Source: an uncultured Nitrosopumilales archaeon (GTDB lineage Archaea; Thermoproteota; Nitrososphaeria; Nitrososphaerales; JAAOZN01). From it: a stretch of 42,997 bases of DNA. Numbering within the stretch: the stretch's first letter is position 1; each line of letters starts with the position of its first letter. Under the pieces are notes generated by a model that worked only from the letters and a program-made list of their open reading frames with translations, was not told the origin of the DNA and did not search any database. Positions 8,441-17,092 of the stretch are shown here, piece by piece. Made by a program: the position numbers and the translations under genes. The DNA lies in the NCBI GenBank assembly GCA_964421575.1, contig CAYQXI010000025.1, positions 1 through 42,997 of the forward strand. Direction: 5' to 3'.

Positions 8441-9817
8441 TTGAGTGATTTGAGAACAGAAAGCAACCGAGCCGTAGCAAAGCAGAAGAAGAGCGTAGAG
8501 ATTAAACTAGATGACTTAGGAGATTGGAGGAGGACCCACTACTCCAGCAACCTAACACCCGAGTTAGATGGGCAAGATTGCACTGTCTTTGGTTGGATCG
8601 CCTCCATAAGGCATCAAGGAAACATAACCTTTATCGTAATCGTGGATAAAGATGGTTTGATACAGATAACCGCGAAGAAAGATGAAGTTGGCAAAGATCT
8701 TTACAAAAAGGTTCAGACACTCACAACACATACATCCATAGGTGTAAAGGGTGTTTTGAAGGCTATACCTAAAGCACCTAACGGTGTTGAGGTAAGACCT
8801 AAAGAGATTAAAGTGCTTGGCTTCGCGTCCGTAAACCCGCCCATCCCCCTTTACGGTCGTAAACTACCGGGTCTGGATAAGAGGCTCGAGATACGCGCTG
8901 TAGATCTAAGGCGCCCCACTGCGCAAGCGGTCTTTAGAATCAGACAAGAAGCGTTGAAAGCAATCAGAGAGCATCTTCTTAAAAACGGTTATCATGAGAT
9001 TCACACACCCAAGATAATATCTTCAGCAACAGAAGGCGGGGCAGCATTATTCCCCCTTCTCTTTTATGATAAGGAAGCTTTCCTAACCCAAAGCCCCCAG
9101 CTCTACAAGGAGCAGCTGGTGATGGCATTTGAAAAGGTCTTTGAGATAGGACCAGCATTTAGAGCTGAGCAGTCCAGAACCCTTGAACATCTCAGCGAAT
9201 TCATTTCGGTTGATGTTGAAGAGGCGTATGTAGACTATAGGGATGCGATGGATAGGCTTGAGGCTATGATAAGAGAAGTTGTTGGGGTGATTAAGAGTAG
9301 GTGTGCAAAGGAGCTCGCTATGCTACAATATGAACCTCAGCTCCCAGCTACATTCAAGAAGTTTACTTACAATGAGGTCTTAGAGATCTTGGCTGAACAC
9401 GGGCATAAAGTTGAATGGGGGGAGGATCTTAGTTCAGCAGCTCTCGCTAAGCTTGCTGAAGTGAACCCCTCGTACTACTTCATTATAGACTGGCCTACGC
9501 AGAGCAAACCCTTCTATATAGCTCAGAAGAAAAGTGACCCGAAGTTAAGTGAGTCATTCGACCTAATCTTCGGCTCGCTCGAAATAGCTTCAGGCGGAAC
9601 CAGAGTGAGTAGCAGAAGGGTTTTGGAGAAGAGGCTTAAAGAGAAGGGGCTTAACCCAAAAAGCTTCGCTTACCACCTCAAGGTCTTCGATTTTGGTATG
9701 CCTCCTCACGCTGGCTTCGGCTTAGGATTTGAGCGCTTCCTTATGACGCTAACAGGTCAGAAGAACATTAGAGAGGTGACCTACTTCCCCCGTGATCAGC
9801 GTCATCTAACACCCTAG
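8441..9817 (+). CDS. aspS: aspartyl-tRNA synthetase, archaeal type (probably non-discriminating, given the gatCAB linkage)
   Basis: Class IIb pattern: N-terminal OB fold, FRAEQSRT..HLSEF (motif 2), GGTRV and GFGLGFERFLM (motif 3). TTG start. Confidence 0.93.
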   Translation: MSDLRTESNRAVAKQKKSVEIKLDDLGDWRRTHYSSNLTPELDGQDCTVFGWIASIRHQGNITFIVIVDKDGLIQITAKKDEVGKDLYKKVQTLTTHTSIGVKGVLKAIPKAPNGVEVRPKEIKVLGFASVNPPIPLYGRKLPGLDKRLEIRAVDLRRPTAQAVFRIRQEALKAIREHLLKNGYHEIHTPKIISSATEGGAALFPLLFYDKEAFLTQSPQLYKEQLVMAFEKVFEIGPAFRAEQSRTLEHLSEFISVDVEEAYVDYRDAMDRLEAMIREVVGVIKSRCAKELAMLQYEPQLPATFKKFTYNEVLEILAEHGHKVEWGEDLSSAALAKLAEVNPSYYFIIDWPTQSKPFYIAQKKSDPKLSESFDLIFGSLEIASGGTRVSSRRVLEKRLKEKGLNPKSFAYHLKVFDFGMPPHAGFGLGFERFLMTLTGQKNIREVTYFPRDQRHLTP

Positions 9818-9818
9818 C

Positions 9819-10118
9819 GTGATCTACTTGCCCAGAACTAAGATTGGCGTAAGCACGGTTAAGCACCTCGCTTGGCTTACACGCATTGATCTAAAGGATA
9901 AAGAGGCTAGAGAAATTTCCAAACAGCTTAATAGAATCTTAGAATACTTTAGCAAGATCGACGAAGTTGATACAAGTGGTGTGGAGCCGCTCTACCACCC
10001 GCTCGAGATACAGAAAGTTGCTAGAAGTGATGAACCAGCACCCTTCCCAGCAGACGAGATACTGAAGATCGTGCCTAGCAAAAAAGGGCGATACATCAAA
10101 GCACCTAGGATAGTGTAG
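9819..10118 (+). CDS. gatC: Asp/Glu-tRNA amidotransferase subunit C
   Basis: VKHLAWLTRIDLKDKEAREISKQLNRILEYFSKIDEVDTSGVEP is the GatC pattern. It starts 2 nt after the aspS stop. Confidence 0.85.
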   Translation: MIYLPRTKIGVSTVKHLAWLTRIDLKDKEAREISKQLNRILEYFSKIDEVDTSGVEPLYHPLEIQKVARSDEPAPFPADEILKIVPSKKGRYIKAPRIV

Positions 10119-10119
10119 G

Positions 10120-11559
10120 GTGTCTTCGTTGGCTAAGATCGACCTTAAGAACGCTCGAAGACTCACTGAGATGGTTAAGGCGGGCGAACTCTCCGCTGTC
10201 GAGGCTGTGGAGGCGAGTCTAAGCAGAATTAGAGAACTGGATGATAAGATTAACGCCTTCATAACCATCTGCCCAGAACAGGCCTTAACGGCTGCTGAGG
10301 AACTCGATCTGAGGCTCAAAAAAGGTGAGCAAGTAGGGTCTTTATGTGGTGTGCCTGTTGCAGTTAAAGACGTTATCTCAACAGCCGGTATCGAGACCAC
10401 TTGCGGCTCTAAGATGCTTAAGGGCTACATACCGCCTTACGATGCTACTGTAGTGGCTAAGTTGAAGGAGGCTGGTGCTATAATCGTCGGAAAGACGAAT
10501 ACAGATGAGTTCGCTATGGGTAACACAACCGAGTTCAGCGCCTTCGGCCCAACCAAGAACCCCTGCGACTTAAGTAGGGTTGCTGGTGGCTCTTCCGGAG
10601 GAAGTGGCGCTGCTGTGGCTGCTGGTATGGTCCCTCTGGCGTTAGGTAGCGATACCGGTGGTTCGGTCAGATGCCCGGCAGCGTTTTGCGGTGTGGTCGG
10701 GCTTAAACCAACCTATGGTGCCGTAAGTAGATACGGTCTGATCTCTTATGCAAATAGCCTAGAGCAGATCGGGCCCCTCGCCTCTAATGTAGATGACTGC
10801 GCCCTACTCTACCGATGCATATCCGGCTGGGACCCGATGGACTCCACATCATATAGGGATCAGCCAAAGGAGGCTGCTCCCCTTAGAGAGGGTGCTAAGA
10901 TAGCTGTGCCAAAGGAGTTCTTCGGAGAAGGTGTTGAAGAAGCTGTTAGTAAGTGTGTGTGGAGAGGTCTAGACGCGCTTAGGGATAGTGGGTTTGTCAT
11001 AGAAGAAGTCTCATTAAGAAGCTTGAATTACGCTTTACCCGCATACTACATCGTAGCGATGGCTGAGGCGAGCTCAAATCTGGCCCGCTTCGACGGCATA
11101 CGCTACGGTCTACACCTTAAATCAGGCTTTAGAGACTGGAACACCTACTTCTCCAGATGTAGGGCTGAGGGGTTTGGACCAGAGGTCAAGCGGAGGATAC
11201 TGCTCGGCACATTCATACTCTCAGCAGGCTACTATGGCGTCTACTACCTTAAAGCGCAGAAGATTAGGAGCATCATTAAATCCGAGTTTCAGCAGATCCT
11301 AAGCCAATACGATCTGATAGCAGGACCTACTATGCCGACAACACCATTCAAGATAGGTGAAAGAGTGGAGGACCCGCTCCTAATGTATCTAATAGATGTA
11401 AACACAGTCCCACCAAACCTAACGGGGCACCCAGCGATCTCCGTACCCGTGCATAGGGAAGGCGAGCTACCAGTCGGACTGCAGCTTATAGCACCATACT
11501 TTTGCGAAGAAAGGCTCTTTCAAGCGGCGAAGATAGTCGAGGAGGGGTTGAGGCGATAA
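10120..11559 (+). CDS. gatA: Asp/Glu-tRNA amidotransferase subunit A (amidase signature)
   Basis: GVPVAVKD and GGSSGGSGAAVAAG...GSDTGGSVRCPAAFCGVVGLKPTYG amidase signature. Confidence 0.95.
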   Translation: MSSLAKIDLKNARRLTEMVKAGELSAVEAVEASLSRIRELDDKINAFITICPEQALTAAEELDLRLKKGEQVGSLCGVPVAVKDVISTAGIETTCGSKMLKGYIPPYDATVVAKLKEAGAIIVGKTNTDEFAMGNTTEFSAFGPTKNPCDLSRVAGGSSGGSGAAVAAGMVPLALGSDTGGSVRCPAAFCGVVGLKPTYGAVSRYGLISYANSLEQIGPLASNVDDCALLYRCISGWDPMDSTSYRDQPKEAAPLREGAKIAVPKEFFGEGVEEAVSKCVWRGLDALRDSGFVIEEVSLRSLNYALPAYYIVAMAEASSNLARFDGIRYGLHLKSGFRDWNTYFSRCRAEGFGPEVKRRILLGTFILSAGYYGVYYLKAQKIRSIIKSEFQQILSQYDLIAGPTMPTTPFKIGERVEDPLLMYLIDVNTVPPNLTGHPAISVPVHREGELPVGLQLIAPYFCEERLFQAAKIVEEGLRR

Positions 11560-11563
11560 GAAG

Positions 11564-13000
11564 ATGCTGAAGGAGCAAGAAGAGTTAGATGTGAAGATAG
11601 GCTTAGAGGTCCACTGCCATCTCACAAACCTAAAGACTAAACTGTTCTGCAGATGCTCAGCAGACTACTACAACAAAGAGCCTAATACAAACATCTGCCC
11701 AGTCTGCATGGGTCTACCAGGAAGCCTACCTGTACTGAACGAGGAAGCAGTTAAGCAAGCGCTAGCTATAGCGCTAGCTTTAGGCGCCAAGATCTCTGAG
11801 AAGATGATCTTCTATAGAAAGAACTACTTCTACCCCGATCTGCCAAAGAACTTTCAGATATCACAATACGATAAGGCTGGTGGTCAACCTTTAGCGGTAG
11901 GTGGGCAGATCCGCTTACAGGATAAGGTCGTCAGGATAAGGCGGATACAGCTAGAGGAGGATCCTGCCAAGATCATCTATGAGGGCTCTATATCAACCTC
12001 ACCATACGCATTAATCGACTACAACCGCTCAGGGGTAGCTTTAGTTGAGATAGTAACTGAGCCAGACTTAACGACTCCGAAGCAGGCTAGGCTCTTTCTA
12101 CAGAAGCTCAGAGCTATCCTTGAGCATCTGGGTGTCTGCAACTGTAACTTGGAGGGTGCGCTGCGATGTGATGCGAACATATCGGTTAGGGGAGGTTATA
12201 GGGTTGAGGTCAAGAACATAGGCTCGTTTAAAGATGTTGAGAAGGCGCTCAGCTTCGAGATAACGAGGCAGAAGATGCTCGGAGCAAAGAAGGGTATGGA
12301 GACTAGGCACTGGGATGATGTTAGAGGCGTGACCGTTTCGTTAAGAGTGAAGGAGGAGGAGATGGACTACCGCTACTTCCCAGAAGCAGACCTACCACCC
12401 TACATCATAACTAAAGAGCTTATAGAAGAGGTGCAAGCATCTCTACCAGAGCTACCAGATGCGAGAAGAGAGAGGCTGATGAGACAATATAACCTACCAC
12501 CTCAAACCGCTGATATACTAACCTCCCACAAAGCCCTAGCAGACTTCTTCGAGGCCAGTGTAAAAGAGTATCCCGGAAGCCCGCTGAAGATGGCTAACTG
12601 GATTGTAAGCGACATCCTAGGCTACCTTAACAGATACGATTTAGATCCCTCATCACTCAAACTGAAGCCCAAAGACTTCGCAGCGGTAGTGAAAGCAGTT
12701 GAGGAGGGGTTAATAAACGAGCAGACAGGAAAGATGCTGATTCTAAAGGCGGCAGCAACAGGCGAGAGCCTAGAGGAGAGGATCTTTACAGCAGCGTCAA
12801 AGATAAAGGACGAGTCGATAATAAGCAGATTTGTGGATAAAGTGTTTAAGGAGAATGAGAAGGCGGTTAAGGATGCTCTAACTAATGAGAAGGCTGTAAA
12901 CTACCTTATAGGCCTTGTTATGAAAGCGAGCGGAGGTAAGGCAGACCCGCATCTAACAAGATCCATAATACTATCGAGGTTAAAGAAGGTCGGTAGTTAA
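11564..13000 (+). CDS. gatB: Asp/Glu-tRNA amidotransferase subunit B
   Basis: IGLEVHCHL, CPVCMGLPGSLPVLN, YFYPDLPK, LEEDPAK, the NRSG..LVEIVTEPD pattern and a YqeY-like tail. Confidence 0.95.
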   Translation: MLKEQEELDVKIGLEVHCHLTNLKTKLFCRCSADYYNKEPNTNICPVCMGLPGSLPVLNEEAVKQALAIALALGAKISEKMIFYRKNYFYPDLPKNFQISQYDKAGGQPLAVGGQIRLQDKVVRIRRIQLEEDPAKIIYEGSISTSPYALIDYNRSGVALVEIVTEPDLTTPKQARLFLQKLRAILEHLGVCNCNLEGALRCDANISVRGGYRVEVKNIGSFKDVEKALSFEITRQKMLGAKKGMETRHWDDVRGVTVSLRVKEEEMDYRYFPEADLPPYIITKELIEEVQASLPELPDARRERLMRQYNLPPQTADILTSHKALADFFEASVKEYPGSPLKMANWIVSDILGYLNRYDLDPSSLKLKPKDFAAVVKAVEEGLINEQTGKMLILKAAATGESLEERIFTAASKIKDESIISRFVDKVFKENEKAVKDALTNEKAVNYLIGLVMKASGGKADPHLTRSIILSRLKKVGS

Positions 13001-13242
13001 ACCCTCCTACTTAGGAGAAACAGTATAATCGAGATTATAGAGATTATGATCAAGAGAGGCGAGGTTGCAAAGTAGAATCCATCTTGCTTATACACCCAAA
13101 GAATAATTGGCGGAATCTTCTCTAACGAGGGCAATAATTTAACCAAAAAAGGTATAGCAATAAGAATCAACCCTAGGATCAGAAGCATCAAGCCTAGCAT
13201 CTGTAGAGCTTGGTAGACCTCACTCAACCCAAAAATGCTCAC
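12997..13242 (-). CDS. hypothetical small membrane protein (2-3 TM)
   Basis: 81 very hydrophobic codons, convergent with gatB and overlapping it by 4 nt. No family recognised. Confidence 0.4.
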   Translation of the reverse strand: MSIFGLSEVYQALQMLGLMLLILGLILIAIPFLVKLLPSLEKIPPIILWVYKQDGFYFATSPLLIIISIISIILFLLSRRV

Positions 13243-13317
13243 TAGATGAGCAGCAAATTAACTTTACTTTTTCTAATGAAGGATAACCCATATATCATCT
13301 ATCAACCATAGGAGGTT

Positions 13318-13806
13318 GTGTTGAGCGAAGAAATCAAGAGCGCCAAGCAGGCTAGGCTTGAGATACGAAAACTATATGAGGAAGATCCGGAAGGCTGGCA
13401 CATCTTCCTAAGTAGAGATAAGAAGGGATATTACAATACGAGCGTCGTGCATCGAAGCGACCTCTGGCTCATAAAGGAGGAAGTAATCAACCCATATGAA
13501 GCCGTCGGTTACGCACTAAAAACCACCCTACAAAAAGACCTAGACATATCTGACGAGATATCATTCGGTTTAAGGCCCCTTCAGGGTGAAGTAGAGGATA
13601 TAGATGCGCTGCTGAGGGCGATGTTCCAGAAACCTCTCCCTCCATCTAAAATAAGATCGCCGTATGTCGCCGAAGGACCATACATAATCTCGACGAAGTT
13701 AGGTAGCTTAGCGCCTAGTCAGAGTAAGCTTGAGAGGCGGTTGAGCGCTGAGTTAGACCGTTTGGTTGAGAAGAGATATAGCTATCTAAGGCGCATCTAC
13801 GGTTAA
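13318..13806 (+). CDS. hypothetical protein
   Basis: 162-codon ORF preceded by AGGAGG. No motif recognised. The 3' end overlaps the convergent acetyltransferase gene by 21 nt. Confidence 0.5.
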   Translation: MLSEEIKSAKQARLEIRKLYEEDPEGWHIFLSRDKKGYYNTSVVHRSDLWLIKEEVINPYEAVGYALKTTLQKDLDISDEISFGLRPLQGEVEDIDALLRAMFQKPLPPSKIRSPYVAEGPYIISTKLGSLAPSQSKLERRLSAELDRLVEKRYSYLRRIYG

Positions 13807-14295
13807 ACCCTTTACCCATTTCAGCTTCTTCTCCTCGTAGACCTTTCTGCTATAGACCGGCTTCGCAGGGACACCGAAGACGACGGTATCAGGGGGCACA
13901 TCTTTTGTTACCACAGACCCCATGCCTACTACGCTATTCCTACCGATTCTCACACCAGCCTTTATTACAGCCCCAGCGCACAGTACAGCATTATCTTCAA
14001 CCACAACACCCACCAGCCTCTCACTCATAGGGTAGGGGTCGTTCGTCAAGGTAACCCTCGGCCCTATAAAGACGCCCTCACCTATTATTGAGAGAGGCGG
14101 TATGTAGACCAAACCTTCGATCTTGGTGTTAGAGCCTATCTTAACGTTGTAGTCTATGTGCGTGAGCGAACCTATCTTAACATTATCCCCTATCTCAGTG
14201 TTATCGCCTATGTAGACGAAGTGCCATATACGCACGTTCTTACCGAGCTTAACATTCCGCCCGATGTAGTTAACTACCCCAGACAAGAAACCCAA
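13786..14295 (-). CDS. left-handed beta-helix (hexapeptide repeat) sugar N-acetyltransferase, WbpD/WlbB-like
   Basis: Repeated [LIV]G-x4 hexapeptides (IGDNTEIGDNVKIGSLTHIDYNVKIGSNTKIEG...) and a C-terminal PAKP tail. Confidence 0.85.
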   Translation of the reverse strand: MGFLSGVVNYIGRNVKLGKNVRIWHFVYIGDNTEIGDNVKIGSLTHIDYNVKIGSNTKIEGLVYIPPLSIIGEGVFIGPRVTLTNDPYPMSERLVGVVVEDNAVLCAGAVIKAGVRIGRNSVVGMGSVVTKDVPPDTVVFGVPAKPVYSRKVYEEKKLKWVKGLTVDAP

Positions 14296-14300
14296 CTCAT

Positions 14301-14577
14301 CTATAAGTGAAAGGGCTTAGCTTCGTAGAGCACCTCTCTGGGCAGCGCATGCATCCACTTCCTCAAGAAGGACAAGTCCTCCTCACTATTTCTAAGCTCA
14401 TCAGGCAGCATAACTGGAATCTCATCAACTATAGGGTAGAATCTCTTACACTTACTACATAGGAGAACCCCTTCCTTTATGACATCACCCTCTGAAAGCA
14501 GCTCGATCAGATCGAGTGGGTAGTGTTTATCTATTGGGCAGGCTAAGAGGTCAAGCAGTTTTTTCTTTAAGATCCAT
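14301..14577 (-). CDS. Trm112-like / DUF343 zinc-ribbon protein; not in the ORF track because its ATG is out of frame by 1 nt
   Basis: The reverse frame reads ..KKKLLDLLACPIDKHYPLDLIELLSEGDVIKEGVLLCSKCKRFYPIVDEIPVMLPDELR.. to a stop at 14301-14303. The only ATG (14575-14577) is in a different frame. Removing one base from the T6 run 14559-14564 gives MDLKEKLLDLLACP. Confidence 0.6.
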
Positions 14578-14632
14578 CACCCAGCCATTCATCAATCTTG
14601 GTTAAATTTAAACTATCCTGCAGAGATGCTTC

Positions 14633-15583
14633 TTATAATTCGAGGTAGATTGGTACGCCGTGTTTGCTTGAGATGAGTGCGGCTTCTGCGATCTTTGTGT
14701 TATTTAGAGCGTCGCGTGCTGTTACGATGGGCTTCTGCTTCCCCTCTACGCATTCGATGAAATGCTGCATCTCTAAGAGAAGGGGTTCGCGCCACTCTCT
14801 TCTGGGTATGGTTGTGCCTTTCTCATCGTCTATCTGAACTTCTTGGGTTATGAAGTCTATGGTTACTATGCCTCCTGTGCAGACGGTGATGAGGCGCCTA
14901 ACCTTCTTCGGGGTCACCCAATTGGAGGCTATGAAAGCAGTCTTCTTTTCGCCGAAGCCGAGTATGATGGCGGCGAAATCCTCGTGTGGGCTGATTATAT
15001 GCCCGGTTCTAGCGTAGACGGATTTAGGCTCGCTGTTAAAGATCCACCTAGCGGTATCTATGTCGTGTACAGCCGTATCTAAGATGATCCCAACATCCCT
15101 CACATTACCCAACCACTTACTCTCCCTATGGAATTCAAGAAGCAGAGGCTCACCCAACCGACCTGAAACAATGATCTCCTTAAGGGTCGAGACAGCTGGA
15201 TTAAACCTCTCGATATAGCCTGAAGTTAGGATCACCCCATGCTTCTCTGCATCCTCAAGAAGTTCTTCGCCTTCTCTAGAAGTGAGGGTAAGTGGCTTCT
15301 CCACAAATGTATGTAGCTTAGAAGCGATGGTCTTCTTGGCTATTTCATAGTGGGTGATTGTGGGTGTGCTGATAACAACGGCATCAAGCTTTTCATGCTG
15401 CAGCATTTCATCAACTGAAGAGTACCCTTTTACACGATACTTCTCTTCATATCGTTTAACCTTCTCAAGGTCTGTATCGCAGAACGCGGCTAAACACCCC
15501 AGTTCGCTTAGGACTCTTAAGTGGTTCTTGCCCCAGCCGCCTACACCTATAACACCAACTTTCACACTATACATATCCGCCAC
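14633..15583 (-). CDS. Gfo/Idh/MocA-family NAD(P)-dependent sugar oxidoreductase (WbpB/WlbA-like)
   Basis: N-terminal Rossmann KVGVIGVGGWGKNH, EKPL motif (FVEKPLTLT) and a typical C-terminal alpha/beta domain. Confidence 0.9.
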   Translation of the reverse strand: MADMYSVKVGVIGVGGWGKNHLRVLSELGCLAAFCDTDLEKVKRYEEKYRVKGYSSVDEMLQHEKLDAVVISTPTITHYEIAKKTIASKLHTFVEKPLTLTSREGEELLEDAEKHGVILTSGYIERFNPAVSTLKEIIVSGRLGEPLLLEFHRESKWLGNVRDVGIILDTAVHDIDTARWIFNSEPKSVYARTGHIISPHEDFAAIILGFGEKKTAFIASNWVTPKKVRRLITVCTGGIVTIDFITQEVQIDDEKGTTIPRREWREPLLLEMQHFIECVEGKQKPIVTARDALNNTKIAEAALISSKHGVPIYLEL

Positions 15584-16772
15584 CCAACCTAGCTGTCTTT
15601 GTGCTTAGAGTTTCGAAGACTAAGTTGGCTTTGATAAAGATATATTCACCAAGCGGGTGCTCTTTACTTAGCCTCCCCCAGAGGGCTTCGTGGTCGCTCT
15701 GAGAACCAGAGATAATCAACTTAATTCTGGGCTCAGCTAATATCTCCTTGATCTTGAACTCGAGGTTACTTTCGCTCCAAGGTGCGGATGAAGTAGTTGT
15801 AATGTCGCTGACATAATCTCTCAGCCTCTCAAGCAGAGACTGATGAACCCCTAACCGGTCTCCCCTCATCTCATACTTATCAACCGACCAGTTTAATATC
15901 ACCTTCGTCTTACTAGCCTTTAACTCTAAGCTCTTCATCAAACCCCTTACCTCCTCTATGACCCTCTTGGTAAACCCCTCAACGATCTTCAAGATGTTAG
16001 AGGCTAGGTGCATCAGAGGTTCTTTAGGAGGCAATGACGCTGCTATTAGTCTTAAATCAAGCATCTGGGAAGAAAGCGTGTCAACAAAGACGTCCCGCCC
16101 ACCGAGTAGCCTACCGAGCTTCACACGCTCAGAGCTTTCAAGCAACTTATATCCTTCTATCTGGGGGGCGAGTGTAGAGTAGGTCGAGAGGATCCTCAAG
16201 GCATGTAGAGCCTCAGCAGACCTACAGCCTAAGGCAGCAGGCTTAAAGCCGAGTTTAGAGAAGAGGTTGAGCAGATTCTTCTTGGGTTTAGATAAGAAAC
16301 CTATGCAGTAGGGTTCGATTGTGCGCGGTTTCAGTGGGGCGTAAACATATTCAAACCCTTCTTTACTGGAGAGCCCGCTCATCTTCTCAAGAAGAGTGAC
16401 TATGATTTCGAAGCCGCCTAAGCCCGAGGGTAGGTGGTAGATCACTGTAGCACCTTTCATCATATTCTTCGCTACTTCACGCAACCTTGAGTTTACTTCG
16501 CTTTCAGCTTCTTCGGGGTGGCGCCTCACCTTCGGTGCGAAAAATATGTATTCAGCCTCGCTTAAAGCTGCTTCAACCGGCTTTATGGAGAGTAGCTGGT
16601 CTCTGCCCATTAGATCTGGTAGGGCGCGTATGGCCTTTGCCACTGCTGGTGTGATCTCTGTCGCTATCTGCATCTCCTCATCAACCATCGAGACTGGAAA
16701 GCCTTGAGATGCGAGCGTGGAAGCGATCTGGTAGCCTTCTGTGGAGAAGCCGTAAACGACTACACCTACCAC
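15567..16772 (-). CDS. UDP-glucose/GDP-mannose dehydrogenase-like protein with degenerate cofactor and catalytic motifs
   Basis: The length and block order resemble UDP-sugar 6-dehydrogenases (AEYIFFAPKV ~ 'ad.ifi.VpTP', GATVIYHLPSGLGG, FEYVYAPLKPR ~ 'v.y.PE'). However, the N-terminus is VVVYGFSTEGYQIA rather than GxGYVG, and I see no catalytic Cys motif. Confidence 0.5.
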   Translation of the reverse strand: MVGVVVYGFSTEGYQIASTLASQGFPVSMVDEEMQIATEITPAVAKAIRALPDLMGRDQLLSIKPVEAALSEAEYIFFAPKVRRHPEEAESEVNSRLREVAKNMMKGATVIYHLPSGLGGFEIIVTLLEKMSGLSSKEGFEYVYAPLKPRTIEPYCIGFLSKPKKNLLNLFSKLGFKPAALGCRSAEALHALRILSTYSTLAPQIEGYKLLESSERVKLGRLLGGRDVFVDTLSSQMLDLRLIAASLPPKEPLMHLASNILKIVEGFTKRVIEEVRGLMKSLELKASKTKVILNWSVDKYEMRGDRLGVHQSLLERLRDYVSDITTTSSAPWSESNLEFKIKEILAEPRIKLIISGSQSDHEALWGRLSKEHPLGEYIFIKANLVFETLSTKTARLGGGYV

Positions 16773-17092
16773 TACTCGGCGCCCCCACTCAGATTAACAA
16801 CTTCGCTCATAATAATATCTTTTGCAAGTAGACGCTCTTCTCTAAAGACTTCCCATAAGCATAGATAAAGAAGCTGGCTTAAAGAATTATATCGTCTAAC
16901 AAATCTTGCTGTAGAGACGCGCGCCAATCATTTATCTTCAGCGTTGTAGGAAGTTGATTCGGCCCCTGTCCTAAGTTAAAGGCTCGCATCTTCCGATGGT
17001 TCATAGTGACTATACTACCACTTTGCAAATGTATGTTTAAATCCAAGACGATAGGGTTAAGGTTAATTATGTAAGGGTGTGCTCAAAGTGGT

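Noticed and set aside
9939-10400. 153-aa minus-strand ORF across the gatC/gatA junction; similar cases at 17836..18249, 18528..18896, 22132..22503 and 39061..39411
   Set aside because: All lie antisense to confidently identified genes and have shadow-ORF composition.
16773-17092. 320-bp non-coding gap, examined for an ncRNA (SRP RNA, RNase P) or a hidden ORF
   Set aside because: It is AT-rich, with no long helices, no conserved RNA motifs and only very short ORFs. It is best explained as a divergent promoter region between the sugar operon and the DUF354 gene.
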